A stretch of 64,000 bases of DNA, taken from assembly GCA_963813815.1 (NCBI GenBank), contig CAWFAD010000012.1:185421-249420 (forward strand). The letters are read 5' to 3'. A program made the position numbers and the translations under genes. Under the pieces are notes generated by a model, which searched no databases, was not told where the DNA came from, and saw only the letters and a list, made by a program, of their open reading frames with translations. Each line of letters begins with the position of its first letter. Position 1 is the first letter of the stretch. Source of the DNA: an uncultured bacterium (GTDB lineage Bacteria; Krumholzibacteriota; Krumholzibacteriia; Krumholzibacteriales; Krumholzibacteriaceae). Positions 11,228-21,915 of the stretch are shown piece by piece.

Positions 11228-12426
11228 ATGATCACCTCGGCGATGCGTTGTCCCTCGAGCCGTCCCACCCGGAACCGCATCCCCTCGTACGCCACCTCTT
11301 CCCCCTCGTCCGGAACGCGGCCGATCAAGTTATAGATAAATCCGCCGAGCGTGTCAACGTCATCGGCCGGAAGCGAGATCCCGAGCAGCCCGTTGAGCCT
11401 TTCGATCGCGGCGCGCCCGGCCACCGCGTACTGCCGCGGGCCGATCTGGCGCGCCAGCGGCGGCTCGTGATCGTACTCGTCGAGGATCTCCCCGACGATC
11501 TCCTCGAGAATGTCCTCGAGGGTCACGATGCCGGAGGTTCCCCCGTATTCGTCGACGACGATCGCGATGTGATTCTTTTCGCGCTGAAACTCGCGCAGCA
11601 GCGCATCGATCTTCTTTCCCTCGGGGACGAAGTGAGCCTCGCGGACGATCCGGAGCCGTCCCAAGTGCACGTCCTCGTCCCCCGGCGGTATCTTGAGGAG
11701 ATCCTTCACGTAGAGCATCCCGACGACCCGGTCGATCGCGCCGTCCGTGACCGGCACGCGCGAATGCCCGGCGCTCGAAACGCGGCGACGGGCCTCGGCG
11801 AGCGTCGTATGGACGTCGATGGCGAAGATGTCGATGCGCGGCACCATGACCTCGCGCACCTTCTTGACGCCGAACTCCTGTATGCTCCTGATGAGCGAGC
11901 TCCCCTTGTGCTCGATGAAACCCTCCGCGTGGGTGTCCCGCGGGGGGGAAAACAGGAAAAAGGGAGAGGCGATCTCCCGGGGAAGGTTGGGAAACGCGAG
12001 CCCGATGAGCCGCAGAAACAGCCCCGCCACGGGCCGGAACACGAGGTACACCGGCATGAGGGGCCAGGAGACGGCGGCGGCGACGCGCGCGGGGGACATC
12101 GTCGCGAAGCCGAATCCAGCGACGATCACGGCGATCACGGACACCACTATCGCCGCGACGGCGACGGCCGCGTGGAGCATGTTTCCCTCCGCGGCGATCC
12201 AGCCGTGCAGACTGACGGCCATGCAGGAGATGAGAAGTGCCTCGAGGCCGAGCAGCGTGAGGATGAGATGCAGCCGCCCGCGATGCATGATGAGCGCGAA
12301 CGAAGCCCCGCGCATCCCCGCGGGAAAGGCTTCCTTTTCGTGAACGCGCGACAGCATCGCGAAGGCGGCGAACCCCGCGGAGACGATGAACTGGCACGCG
12401 TAGAGAACTCCGAGACTCACGATCAT
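11191..12426 (-). CDS. Hemolysin family/CNNM-CBS-CorC domain protein
   Basis: N-terminal TMs; [40 protein letters not shown]-terminal DTLGGF. Confidence 0.9.
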   Translation of the reverse strand: MIVSLGVLYACQFIVSAGFAAFAMLSRVHEKEAFPAGMRGASFALIMHRGRLHLILTLLGLEALLISCMAVSLHGWIAAEGNMLHAAVAVAAIVVSVIAVIVAGFGFATMSPARVAAAVSWPLMPVYLVFRPVAGLFLRLIGLAFPNLPREIASPFFLFSPPRDTHAEGFIEHKGSSLIRSIQEFGVKKVREVMVPRIDIFAIDVHTTLAEARRRVSSAGHSRVPVTDGAIDRVVGMLYVKDLLKIPPGDEDVHLGRLRIVREAHFVPEGKKIDALLREFQREKNHIAIVVDEYGGTSGIVTLEDILEEIVGEILDEYDHEPPLARQIGPRQYAVAGRAAIERLNGLLGISLPADDVDTLGGFIYNLIGRVPDEGEEVAYEGMRFRVGRLEGQRIAEVIIWLDDAAPGKDS

Positions 12427-12465
12427 CCGATCGCCACTCCCCCCGCGCCGCCCCTCCGGCGGCGC

Positions 12466-12927
12466 TCAGGCAAAGAGCCTCTCGATCACGCGGGCGGAAA
12501 GACGGCCGCCGAGCAGCCGCCGCTCCGCCGATTCCATGCTCCGCTCCTCGGCGGCGGTGCCGTGCCGGCGCCCCCCGAGATGCAGGAGCCCGTGGACGAC
12601 GAGCCGCACCGCGTACGCCCGGGGCGGGACGCCTCGCCTCCCCGCCCCCCGCTCGAGGGACGCCCAGCAGAGGCATATTTCGCCGAGCGGCGTCTCGCCG
12701 CGCGGACCCGGAGCGCCCGGATACGGAAAGGTGAGTATCTCGGCGGCTCCCCTTCGCCCCTTGTAGCGGCGATTGAGAGAGGCCATGCGGCGCTCGCCGA
12801 CGAGCGCGACCGCCACCGCGCGTCCGCGAGGACGAAGCGGCGCCGCGAGCGCGCGCAGGGTTTCCCCGATCCGATCGATCTCGCTCCGCCCGCGGACTCG
12901 CCGGGAACCGTCGATCACGATCCTCAT
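12466..12927 (-). CDS. ybeY: rRNA maturation RNase YbeY
   Basis: LNRRYKG..ILTFP, LGEI, HGLLHLGGRRH (H3xH5xH); phoH operon context. Confidence 0.85.
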   Translation of the reverse strand: MRIVIDGSRRVRGRSEIDRIGETLRALAAPLRPRGRAVAVALVGERRMASLNRRYKGRRGAAEILTFPYPGAPGPRGETPLGEICLCWASLERGAGRRGVPPRAYAVRLVVHGLLHLGGRRHGTAAEERSMESAERRLLGGRLSARVIERLFA

Positions 12928-15170
12928 GAGGGCTCCCCTCCCTCGGACGCCGAGCCCTCCCCGCGCTGCCCCGGATAGGCGATGCGGGGATGGAACACGC
13001 TCGTGAGGAGCTGGATGAACTTCTCGCGGATCACGGCGATGTCGTTCAACGTCAGCCCGCTCTCGTCGAGCTCGCCGTCGGCGGTGCGCATCTCGATGAT
13101 CTTCTGAACGATCGCCCGAATCTTCGGAACCGTCGGATCGCGGAGCGACCTCACCGCCGCCTCGCAGGAATCGGCGAGCATGATGAGGGCGGTTTCCTTG
13201 GAGCGAGGTCTCGGCCCGGGATAACGGAAATCGTCGGCGTTGACGCTGTCGTTCGAATCGTACTCGAGCGCCTTCTGGTAGAAATAGGCCATCACCGTGC
13301 GCCCGTGATGCTCGCGGATCGCCTCCACGATGATCCGGGGAAGCTTTTCGCTCCGCGCGAGCTCGACCCCTTCCTTCACGTGAGCGACGAGTATAATGGC
13401 GCTCATCCGCGGCGCGAGCTTTTCGTGCTTGTTCTCCCGCTCCCCCGTGTTCTCGAAGAAGTACTCCGGCTTCGAGAGCTTGCCGATGTCGTGGTAGTAG
13501 GCGCCGACCCGCGCCTCGAGCCCGTTCGCCCGGACTTCGCGGGCCACCGTCTCGACGAGATTGCCGACCATGAGCGAATGGTGGTACGTGCCCGGAGCCT
13601 CCATGATGAGCCGGCGCAGCAGCGGCCGGTTGAGGTCGCTCAGCTCCATGAGCGTGAAATTCGTCGTGAGATCGAACAGCGATTCGAAGACGGGCAGGAG
13701 AAACATGACCATGATGGTGCAGACGAGCGCGTTGGCGATTCCGAACGCCACATCCCGGGCGAACGCGGCGGGCGAGATCCCCTCGGCGACTCCGAATCCC
13801 GCGATGCCGATGACGTACGCGGCCGACACGGAGAAGAACACCGTGTAGAAGCTCCGCCGGTCGCGCAGGTGGGCTATGCTGATGATGCCCGCCGCGCCCG
13901 CCATGAGCGCCGTAAAAGCGTACCCCGCCGGAAGCGCCGTGTTGACCACGATGAGAAACGACGCGAAGAGGGTGAGCAGCACCGCGGCGTGCACGCCGAA
14001 GAGCGAGGTCGACAGAAGCGCCACGAAAGCCGTGGGAATGAGCCGCGCGTCGAGAGAGGGAAGCCGCATGACGATCGCCGTCAGGACGAGGTACAGGGCG
14101 ATGATGATGAACGCGAGCGTCGCGCGGTCCCGCTCGGCGGCGAGCCGCGGTTCGAAGCGACGCAGGGCCAGCGCGAGCAGGGCGAGGAGCGAGGCTATCC
14201 GGAGCCCCTTGCCGAACACGAGCCAGAGCCGTCCCCCGATCGACGTGGCGAGCTCGCGCGCCATCCGCTTCTGCTCCATCGCCTGCAGGATGGCGACCTG
14301 GCGCGCCGCCACCCGGTCGTGCCTCGCCACGATCCGCGTGCCCCGCGAGACGGTGAACGAGCGGTCGACCGACCGCATCGCCTCGTCGCGGCGCTTCTTC
14401 GTCTCGGCCACGTCGAACACGAGGTTGGCCGTGAGGTTGGCGCGAAGGACGGAGTGAAAGAGGCGCGCCGCCTTCTCGTTCTGGGGAAAAATCTTGCGCC
14501 CCTCGGCCATGATGACGGTCTCGAGATCGTTCTGATCGACGAGCGAGGCCGCGGAAACGAGCGACTCGTCCTCCTCGGAGATCACGGTGATGCGATCGTA
14601 GGCGCGACGCCGGAGCGGGGCGCCGTCGTTTACGATCCCCCGCTGCAGGAGCGATTTCTGGAGCCGGGCGCTCTCCGTTTGCATCCGGGCGCGGATCGAG
14701 CCGTCGACGAGGAGCTCCACCGCCTCCCTCCGCATCTCGGGCGCGGCGGCCTTGATGCGCGATACCTTCTCGCGAACCGATTGATCGGACTCCGCGATCT
14801 CCCTGATCCGCTCGAAGAGCCCCTTGAGATCGTCGGGGAGATGTTTCGCGGCGCCTTCCTCGCGCACGAACACGGGCGGAATCTCGATGGCGGCCTTCGC
14901 CCGCCCGAGATCCACCTCGTGATCGGGAAGCGGCACGTCGAAGCCGAACGGGGCGACGATGTCGACGTCCGCCACGTCGCCCTCCGAGAACCGCACGCTC
15001 TTCTGCTTGTGCCCCGGGGGAAAGAGGACGAGCGAAAGGACGAGTATCGCCGCCAGGTAGACGAGCGGCAGGCGCCCGCGGCGAAACAGAGCGGCGGGAT
15101 TGAAACGGCTGGACGAGGCGCCCGGGGACGCTTCGCCCCGCTCCCCGGCGCGCGCGAGGCGGCTAGTCAT
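12924..15170 (-). CDS. pgpH: 7TM-HDIG phosphohydrolase, PgpH-like cyclic-di-AMP phosphodiesterase
   Basis: Extracellular domain plus multiple TMs; EAPGTYHHS, YYHDIGK, HHGRT, FRYPGPRP, LADSCEAAVRS. Confidence 0.85.
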   Translation of the reverse strand: MTSRLARAGERGEASPGASSSRFNPAALFRRGRLPLVYLAAILVLSLVLFPPGHKQKSVRFSEGDVADVDIVAPFGFDVPLPDHEVDLGRAKAAIEIPPVFVREEGAAKHLPDDLKGLFERIREIAESDQSVREKVSRIKAAAPEMRREAVELLVDGSIRARMQTESARLQKSLLQRGIVNDGAPLRRRAYDRITVISEEDESLVSAASLVDQNDLETVIMAEGRKIFPQNEKAARLFHSVLRANLTANLVFDVAETKKRRDEAMRSVDRSFTVSRGTRIVARHDRVAARQVAILQAMEQKRMARELATSIGGRLWLVFGKGLRIASLLALLALALRRFEPRLAAERDRATLAFIIIALYLVLTAIVMRLPSLDARLIPTAFVALLSTSLFGVHAAVLLTLFASFLIVVNTALPAGYAFTALMAGAAGIISIAHLRDRRSFYTVFFSVSAAYVIGIAGFGVAEGISPAAFARDVAFGIANALVCTIMVMFLLPVFESLFDLTTNFTLMELSDLNRPLLRRLIMEAPGTYHHSLMVGNLVETVAREVRANGLEARVGAYYHDIGKLSKPEYFFENTGERENKHEKLAPRMSAIILVAHVKEGVELARSEKLPRIIVEAIREHHGRTVMAYFYQKALEYDSNDSVNADDFRYPGPRPRSKETALIMLADSCEAAVRSLRDPTVPKIRAIVQKIIEMRTADGELDESGLTLNDIAVIREKFIQLLTSVFHPRIAYPGQRGEGSASEGGEPS

Positions 15171-16206
15171 GGCTCCCGTCCGCCGGCGGCCCCCCACCCT
15201 CCACCGGGGCCGAAGCCGGAGAGCCGGCGGCGCCCGGGCGTTCGAAGCGCCCCGCGCGGGCGCTCCAGGCGCCGATGATGAGCTTCACGAGCCGGTGGCG
15301 AACGACGTCCTCTTCGCCGAAAGTCACGAACTCGATCCCCTCGACGCCGGCGAGGATTTCGCGCGCGGCCACGAGCCCCGAGCGCGACGGGTCGGCGAGA
15401 TCGATCTGCGTGACGTCGCCGGTGACGATCGCCTTGGACCCTTCGCCGAGTCTCGTGAGAAACATCTTCATCTGGCCGACGCTGCAGTTCTGCGCCTCGT
15501 CGAGAATCGCGAACGCGTTCTCGAGCGTGCGTCCGCGCATGTACGCGAGCGGCGCTATCTCGACGGCGCCCGTTCCGATCATGCGCGCGATCCGGTCGGC
15601 TCCCAGCATGTCGCGGAGCGCGTCGAAGATCGGCCGCAGATAGGGCTCGATCTTCTCCTGCAAATCGCCCGGAAGGTACCCGAGGTTCTCTCCCGCTTCG
15701 ACCACCGGCCGCGATATGAAGATGCGCTCGATGGCGCCGCTCTTGAGACCCGCGAGCGCCGAGGCGATGGCGAGGTAGGTCTTTCCCGTTCCGGCCGGTC
15801 CGATGGCGAAGACGATGTCGTGGGATGCTATGGCGTCGATGTAATCCTGCTGGTGGGCGCTTCTCGCGACGACTCCGCGCCGTCTCGCCGGGGAGTAGAA
15901 AACGCTCGCCGTCTCCTCCCGGGGCGCCGCCCTCCCGATCCTCCCGCCCCCGCCGATCGCGGTGAGGACGTCGCCCTCGGTCACCGGACGCCCACCGCCT
16001 GCGATCTCGATGAGCCTCTCGACGACGCGCGTGAGCTGCTCGACGCGGCGCGGGGAGCCCGTGATGACGATCTCGTCTCCGCGCAGAGCGATCCGCTCGT
16101 CGAAATGCTCCTCGATGAGGCGCAGGTTTCGGTCCCCCACCCCGAGGAGGCGCACCGGGTCGATCCCCGCGATCGATACGAGCCGCCGTTTGAAGTCGCG
16201 TTTCAC
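15163..16206 (-). CDS. phoH: PhoH family ATPase
   Basis: GPAGTGKTYLA, RPVVEAGENLGYLPG, LAYMRGRTL, LDEAQN, DVVRHRLV. Confidence 0.95.
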   Translation of the reverse strand: MKRDFKRRLVSIAGIDPVRLLGVGDRNLRLIEEHFDERIALRGDEIVITGSPRRVEQLTRVVERLIEIAGGGRPVTEGDVLTAIGGGGRIGRAAPREETASVFYSPARRRGVVARSAHQQDYIDAIASHDIVFAIGPAGTGKTYLAIASALAGLKSGAIERIFISRPVVEAGENLGYLPGDLQEKIEPYLRPIFDALRDMLGADRIARMIGTGAVEIAPLAYMRGRTLENAFAILDEAQNCSVGQMKMFLTRLGEGSKAIVTGDVTQIDLADPSRSGLVAAREILAGVEGIEFVTFGEEDVVRHRLVKLIIGAWSARAGRFERPGAAGSPASAPVEGGGPPADGSHD

Positions 16207-16287
16207 GGCACCCCCGAAACACGAGAACTCCTGGCCCCTTCCGCGGAAGCCAAGAGTTCCCGTTCCGAGCCTCTCACGAGCTCCGTA

Positions 16288-16989
16288 TCACTGCAGCGTA
16301 TCCGGCCGCGGTATCACGAGCTCCTGGGCGGGGAAGATGAGATCGGGATCCCGTATCAGGTCCCGGTTCGCCTCGTAGATGAGGGGCCATTTGCTGTAAT
16401 CGCCGTAAATCTCCCAATAGCCCGCGATCCTGCTGAGCCATTCGTCCTGCGCGACCGTGTATTGATACGGATGTTCGCGAGGAATGGTGAGCTCCCAGCC
16501 CGCGAGCACCCAGTCGGGATCCTCGATGAGCTGCTTGTTGCTGCGGTAGATGCGGGGCCACTTGAGGGGATCCTTGTAAATCTCCTCCTTCGACGCGAGC
16601 GTCCAGAGGCATTCGCCGTACTGGAGCTTCCACGTCGCCGGAAGCTTCTCGAGCTCCTGAAGCTGCTTGGAGAGCTCGTCGATCTCCGTCGCATAGGCGG
16701 TGTATTCGCGCTCGGCGTCGCGCACCTCGCGCGTCAGACGCTTGATTTTTTCCTTGTTGCCCTCGAGCTCGGCCTCCGCATTCTTCGACCGGTCTTGCAG
16801 CGCGTCGAACTCGGAGGAGAGCGCCTTGCAGTACGCCTCTCTATCGCTCTTCGAGAGCTTCCCGTACTCCGTATCCTCGTAATACTCGCCCTTCGTGATA
16901 TCAACAGGTCTCGCCTTGTAGCCGCTGCAGCCCGTGATTGCGAGGAGCGCGGGAAGGACCCCGAACAACACGATGCTTCTCATACGCAT
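16288..16989 (-). CDS. Lipoprotein with coiled coil and two LysM domains
   Basis: Lipobox ITG-C; repeats CLWTLA..IYKDPLKWPRIYRSN..IEDPD and WLSRIA..IYGDYSKWPLIYEAN..IRDPDLIFP. Confidence 0.85.
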   Translation of the reverse strand: MRMRSIVLFGVLPALLAITGCSGYKARPVDITKGEYYEDTEYGKLSKSDREAYCKALSSEFDALQDRSKNAEAELEGNKEKIKRLTREVRDAEREYTAYATEIDELSKQLQELEKLPATWKLQYGECLWTLASKEEIYKDPLKWPRIYRSNKQLIEDPDWVLAGWELTIPREHPYQYTVAQDEWLSRIAGYWEIYGDYSKWPLIYEANRDLIRDPDLIFPAQELVIPRPDTLQ

Positions 16990-17010
16990 ATTCGCGACAC
17001 TCCTTGCAGG

Positions 17011-17310
17011 CTATTCCCTGCCGCTCCCCTTCTTGAGATCGTCCACCTTCTTGCGCAATTCGGCCGGCTTTTCCTTGATCTGTTCGATGTCGCCCTTCTT
17101 GCCGGCGAGCTTCTTCTCGAGCTCGGCCACGTTTTTCGCCGTCTCCGCCGCTTCCTGTTCGTATGTCTCCGCGTCGAGCCGCGTCTCGTCGAGCGTCACG
17201 AGACTGGTCTGGCACGGCGGAGCCTCCCCGCATCCTCCGGAAAAGAGGGCGACGGCGAGGAGGAGGAACATACTGCATGCCCCCAAACCGCGCAATTTCA
17301 TAACTCCCAC
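17011..17310 (-). CDS. Small coiled-coil lipoprotein
   Basis: Hydrophobic signal ending SGG-C; charged heptad-rich mature part; AGGAG RBS. Confidence 0.7.
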   Translation of the reverse strand: MGVMKLRGLGACSMFLLLAVALFSGGCGEAPPCQTSLVTLDETRLDAETYEQEAAETAKNVAELEKKLAGKKGDIEQIKEKPAELRKKVDDLKKGSGRE

Positions 17311-17347
17311 TCCTTCTTACGGTTATACTTGACGATGTATAGTAACT

Positions 17348-17376
17348 ACGTTAATAACGCTTCGACGCAAAGTCAA
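17348..17376 (-). promoter_or_regulatory. sigma70-type promoter
   Basis: TTGACT-N17-TAACGT in an AT-rich intergenic region. Confidence 0.55.
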
Positions 17377-17410
17377 GGAAAAAGCCCGCCCCCTCCGCCG
17401 CCGGACCCGG

Positions 17411-19207
17411 CTACCCGCGGCGCCCCTCGTCCTTCTTGATCGCGATGTGTAGATCGTCGAGCAGCTCCGGTTCGACTTCGGACGGAGCGCCCTCCATGAG
17501 GGAGGCGGCGCTCGCCGTTTTCGGGAAGGCGATATAATCCCGTATCGACGAGCCTCCCCCCATGAGCATGGCGATGCGATCGACGCCGAGGGCGATTCCC
17601 CCGTGCGGCGGCGCGCCGTACTGGAACGCCTCGAGCAGAAACCCGAAGCGCTTGGCGGCCTCCTCGCGCGGAATGCCGATGATCTCGAAGAGCCGCTCCT
17701 GCAGCTCGCGGCGATGGATGCGGATGCTTCCCGATCCGAGCTCGGTGCCGTTGCAGACGAGATCGTACAGGTGGCCGCGAACGGAGCCGGGGTCGGCGTC
17801 GAGACGCGCGATATCCTCCTCGAGCGGCATCGAGAATACGTGGTGAGCGGGCTCCCATCCGCCCCCCTCCGCCCTCACAAAGAGGGGAAACCGGTTCACC
17901 CAGAGGAACCGCCGCTCCTCCGAACCGGAGACGAGGTGAGCCCTGCCGATATGGAGCCGCAGCTCCGCGAGCGACCTCGAAACGATCTCCGGGGTTCCCG
18001 AGACGAGCAGTATGAGCGCCGGGCCCCGGGCCGAGAAGACGCCGCGCAGGCTCGCGATCGAGCCTTCGTCGAGAAACTTCGCGATCGAGGAGCTCGTCCC
18101 CGACTCCTCGCATTTCACCCAGACGAGACCGCCGGCCCCCGCGCCCTTCGCGATCGTCTCGAGGTCGGCGATCTGGCGGCGCGAGAAAGACGCGCCCCGC
18201 TCGAAACTGATCCCCCTCACGACCCCTCCCCCCTCTATCGCCGACCGGAAAACGCCGAACGCGCTCCCGCGGAAGAGGTCGCTGCAGTCCCGTATCTCGA
18301 GGCCGAACCTGAGATCCGGCTTGTCGCTGCCGTAGAGGCTCATCGCCTCGCAGTAATCCATCCTCGGGAAGGGAAGGGTGAGCTTCACGCCGGCCGTCGC
18401 CTCCCAGATCACGGCCATGAGGCGCTCGACCACGTCGAACACGTCCTCCTCGGTGATGAAGCTCATCTCGATATCGATCTGCGTGTGCTCGGGCTGGCGA
18501 TCGGCGCGGAGATCCTCGTCGCGCAGGCAGCGGGCGAGCTGAAAATATCGGTCGAATCCCGCGACCATGAGTATCTGTTTGTAGAGCTGCGGGCTCTGGG
18601 GAAGCGCGTAGAACTTGCCGGGCTGGAGCCTGCTCGGCACGAGGTAGTCGCGGGCTCCCTCGGGCGTGCGGCGCACGAGCATCGGCGTCTCGATCTCGAG
18701 AAACCCCTCGCTCGAGAGAAACCGGCGCACGCCGAGCGTGAGATCGTGGCGCATGGCGAGGTTGCGCTGCAGCGGCTCGCGCCGGAGGTCGAGGTAGCGG
18801 TAGCGCAGGCGCAGGTCCTCGTTCGCCTGAACGTCCGTCGTAACGGTGAAGGGCGGCACTTCGCTGCGGTTGAACACGGCGGCCTCCGCGGCGACGACCT
18901 CGATCTCGCCCGTCTTCATCCCCGCGTTAACCATCTCGGCCGGCCGCCCCCGCACGACGCCCTCGCAGGCGATGACGTCCTCCGCGCGAAGCGAGTGGAA
19001 GAGCTCGTGAAGCCCGGCCGCGCCCGACTCGACGACGAGCTGGACGACGCCCGTCCGATCCCAGAGATCGAGAAAGGTGAGCCCGCCAAGCTCGCGGACC
19101 CTCTTTACCCATCCGGCCAGCACGACGCGCGACCCGTCGTCGCGGGCGCACACCTCGCCGCACCGGTGCGTGCGCTTCCATCTGTCACTGTACCGTTCGA
19201 GACCCAT
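17411..19207 (-). CDS. aspS: Aspartate--tRNA ligase
   Basis: RTHRCG, TPEGARDYLVPSR, ALPQSPQLYKQ, RDEDLRADRQPE, GAPPHGGIALG. Confidence 0.97.
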   Translation of the reverse strand: MGLERYSDRWKRTHRCGEVCARDDGSRVVLAGWVKRVRELGGLTFLDLWDRTGVVQLVVESGAAGLHELFHSLRAEDVIACEGVVRGRPAEMVNAGMKTGEIEVVAAEAAVFNRSEVPPFTVTTDVQANEDLRLRYRYLDLRREPLQRNLAMRHDLTLGVRRFLSSEGFLEIETPMLVRRTPEGARDYLVPSRLQPGKFYALPQSPQLYKQILMVAGFDRYFQLARCLRDEDLRADRQPEHTQIDIEMSFITEEDVFDVVERLMAVIWEATAGVKLTLPFPRMDYCEAMSLYGSDKPDLRFGLEIRDCSDLFRGSAFGVFRSAIEGGGVVRGISFERGASFSRRQIADLETIAKGAGAGGLVWVKCEESGTSSSIAKFLDEGSIASLRGVFSARGPALILLVSGTPEIVSRSLAELRLHIGRAHLVSGSEERRFLWVNRFPLFVRAEGGGWEPAHHVFSMPLEEDIARLDADPGSVRGHLYDLVCNGTELGSGSIRIHRRELQERLFEIIGIPREEAAKRFGFLLEAFQYGAPPHGGIALGVDRIAMLMGGGSSIRDYIAFPKTASAASLMEGAPSEVEPELLDDLHIAIKKDEGRRG

Positions 19208-19208
19208 G

Positions 19209-20477
19209 TCACATCCGTTCCCGGCGCACCGCCGCCTCGATGCGCCCGGCGCACTCGGCGGGGGTCAGCGTCTCCTGCAATCCCGTCGCGAGGTCCTTGA
19301 GCGCGACCGTTCCGGGCGCGAGCTCCTCGAGGCCTGCGATCACCGCGAAGCGGGCGCCCAGCGCGGAGGCGGCCCCGAGCTGCTTCTTGAACCCGCGGCC
19401 GGAAAGATCGACCACGGCCGACGCTCCCCGTGCGCGCAGGTCGCGCGCGAGGGAAAGCATCCCGGCCGCGAGCCCCTCGTCGACGACGATGCAGTACGCG
19501 TCCGTCGTCGAAGAGGGCCTGAACCCGGGGGCCGATTGCGGCAGTATCTCCAGCAGCCGCTCGAGGCCGGCGGAAAATCCCACGGCCGGCACGCTCGGCC
19601 CGCCGCAATCCTCGGCGAGGCCGTCGTAACGCCCTCCGCCGCAGAGGGCGTTCTGGGCGCCGAGGGCCGGGTGCAGGATCTCGAAGGCCGTTTTCGTATA
19701 GTAATCGAGCCCGCGCACGAGCAGCGGATCGAGAACGAAGGGGATCCCCATCTCGCGGAGCATCCGCTGGAGGGATTCGAAATGGCTGCGGCAGGAGCCG
19801 CACAGATGCGCCGTGATGAGCGGCAGCTTTTCCTTGACGGGCCCGCATTCCTTGCAATCGAAGATGCGGAGCGGATTCACGGCCGTGCGGCCCGCGCACG
19901 CCGCGCAGAGCTCCGAGACGCGGGATGCGAGAGCCTCGGAGAGAACCTTCCTGAACGCGGGGCGGCATTCCGGGCAGCCGACGCTGTTGAGCCTCACCTC
20001 GAGCGGCGGAAAACCGATCTCGCGATAGAGCCCGAGCGCCACGTCGATGATCTCGGCATCGATGGCGGGGCCGGGAGAGCCGATCGCCTCGGCGCCGATT
20101 TGGTGGAACTGGCGGTACCTGCCCGCCTGCGGCCTGTCATAGCGGAACATCGGACCGATATAATAGAAACGGCTGACGCCCCCCGCGCGCTGAAGACCGT
20201 TCTCGAGGTACGCGCGCATCACGGGAGCGGTGTTCTCGGGGCGGAGGGTGAGGCTGCGTCCCTTCTTGTCGGTGAAGGTGTACATCTCCTTGGTGACGAT
20301 GTCGGTCGCTTCCCCCACCGTGCGCACGAAGAGCTCCGTCGCCTCGAAGACGGGCGTGCGGATCTCGCCGTAGCCGCAGCGCCCGAGGTACGCCGCGAGC
20401 GCGAGCTCGACCTTGCGCCAGAGCTCCATGCTCTCGCCGAAGAAGTCGTTCGTTCCGCGCGGTCTCGTGAATTTCAT
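19209..20477 (-). CDS. hisS: Histidine--tRNA ligase
   Basis: MKFTRPRGTND, LRPENTA, FRYDRPQAGRYRQFHQ, VRGLDYY, GGGRYDGL. Confidence 0.97.
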   Translation of the reverse strand: MKFTRPRGTNDFFGESMELWRKVELALAAYLGRCGYGEIRTPVFEATELFVRTVGEATDIVTKEMYTFTDKKGRSLTLRPENTAPVMRAYLENGLQRAGGVSRFYYIGPMFRYDRPQAGRYRQFHQIGAEAIGSPGPAIDAEIIDVALGLYREIGFPPLEVRLNSVGCPECRPAFRKVLSEALASRVSELCAACAGRTAVNPLRIFDCKECGPVKEKLPLITAHLCGSCRSHFESLQRMLREMGIPFVLDPLLVRGLDYYTKTAFEILHPALGAQNALCGGGRYDGLAEDCGGPSVPAVGFSAGLERLLEILPQSAPGFRPSSTTDAYCIVVDEGLAAGMLSLARDLRARGASAVVDLSGRGFKKQLGAASALGARFAVIAGLEELAPGTVALKDLATGLQETLTPAECAGRIEAAVRRERM

Positions 20478-20905
20478 GATGCTCCGGCGCTCCGGCCATC
20501 CGTCCGCTCGAGACGCATGCCGACGAGAATCCCGGCGAGGAGCCCCGTGGCGTCGGCCGCGAAATCCAGCACGCTCATGTGCCGCCCGGGGATGAGCCCC
20601 TGATAGAGTTCGTCGAGGCCGGCGATGAGGAGCCCCGTCGCCAGCACGAGGAGAACGACCGGGGCCTCGCGCCGCTCGGCTCCTCCGAGGAGCCCGTGCC
20701 GGAACAAAACCGCGAGAACGAGGTACTCGCCGAAATGCGCGACCTTGTCGAATCCCGGCGGCAGTCCGACGGCATCGCTCGTCAGCGTCGGAATCGAGGA
20801 GACCCCGAAGATGAGGACCACCCACATGATGAGCGGCAGCCACCGCCGTATTCGCGTCCAGCGAGCCGTATTCGCCTCCCTGCCGTCGCTCGATGCGGAC
20901 GGCAA
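20474..20905 (-). CDS. VanZ family membrane protein (start uncertain)
   Basis: DKVAHFGEY, DELYQGLIPGR, DFAADATG. Confidence 0.85.
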   Translation of the reverse strand: MPSASSDGREANTARWTRIRRWLPLIMWVVLIFGVSSIPTLTSDAVGLPPGFDKVAHFGEYLVLAVLFRHGLLGGAERREAPVVLLVLATGLLIAGLDELYQGLIPGRHMSVLDFAADATGLLAGILVGMRLERTDGRSAGAS

Positions 20906-20936
20906 TTCATTGATCTAGGGGTCCCGGAGAAGCCGG

Positions 20937-21911
20937 TCAACCGCTTCCGCGCTGTCCCTGTCCATCCGGCCGCTCCCCCGCCTCCGGGTCGCGCCCATCG
21001 AGAGGGGGAACCGGCGCCCTCAGCGACTCGATGCGCCGGAGATCGGCTTCGCGCGTCTCGTAGAGCCCCGCGAAGCCCGCCGCGGCGAGCTCCCGCCGCA
21101 GCGAGCGCGGAGCTTGATCGTACGCCCTGCGGAGGGCGCGCGCGAAGCTTTTCATCTCCGGCGTGTACCGGTCCGAATCGCAGGCGACGACGAGCTCGGG
21201 GACCGCTTCGCCCTCGAGCAGGATGTCGATCTCGGCCTCGTTGACGACGCCCGCCGCCTCGAGGTTCGCCAGGCGCTCGAGCGACACTCCTCCGGCGTCG
21301 TAAACGCCGTGAATGACGGCGAGCACGGTCCTCTCGTCGCGCGGACGCTCGCCCGAAAAGGCGATCGCCCCTCCCGAAAGGTTCACGCCCGCGGTCTCGA
21401 GCGCTTGGTACGGAGCGAGAAAACCCGCCGCCGATCCCGGAGCCGAAAAGATGACGCGCGGAGACTCGGGGAGGGCGCCCGCGCCGCGGCGCACGACCAC
21501 GGCGCTCCGCGAGTACCGGTGCGCCTCCCGCTCCGCGACGAGGAGGGGGCACACGAGCTCCCCCGCGGCGAGCCGCCGTGAAACGGCCATGGTCGGCACG
21601 AGGTAGAGATCGCACCGCTCGAGCGTCGCATCCGGGGCGAGGTAGCGCCATCGAATGTCCCCGCGCCCTTTCTCACGGCAGTAGTCCGCGAGCGATTCGA
21701 GGGCCGCGTGCGAGCGGGTCGAATCGAAGGCGGAGACGCCGATCACGACCCGCAGGTGCGCGAGATCGGTCGAGCGGACGAAGAGGGCCCCCGCGGCGAT
21801 CGCCACGATCGCCGCGAAAACGATTGCCGACGCCCACCGGTTGAGATAATCCGAAACGAGGCTGTACCGCTGTTCGCGCTTGCCGTTCGACGCCGCACGT
21901 TCGCCGATCAT
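20937..21911 (-). CDS. PhnD/SsuA-like substrate-binding domain protein, membrane anchored
   Basis: N-terminal TM; YSRSAVVVR, SAAGFLAP, VLAVIHGVYDAG resemble phosphonate-binding proteins. Confidence 0.6.
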   Translation of the reverse strand: MIGERAASNGKREQRYSLVSDYLNRWASAIVFAAIVAIAAGALFVRSTDLAHLRVVIGVSAFDSTRSHAALESLADYCREKGRGDIRWRYLAPDATLERCDLYLVPTMAVSRRLAAGELVCPLLVAEREAHRYSRSAVVVRRGAGALPESPRVIFSAPGSAAGFLAPYQALETAGVNLSGGAIAFSGERPRDERTVLAVIHGVYDAGGVSLERLANLEAAGVVNEAEIDILLEGEAVPELVVACDSDRYTPEMKSFARALRRAYDQAPRSLRRELAAAGFAGLYETREADLRRIESLRAPVPPLDGRDPEAGERPDGQGQRGSG

Positions 21912-21915
21912 GATC

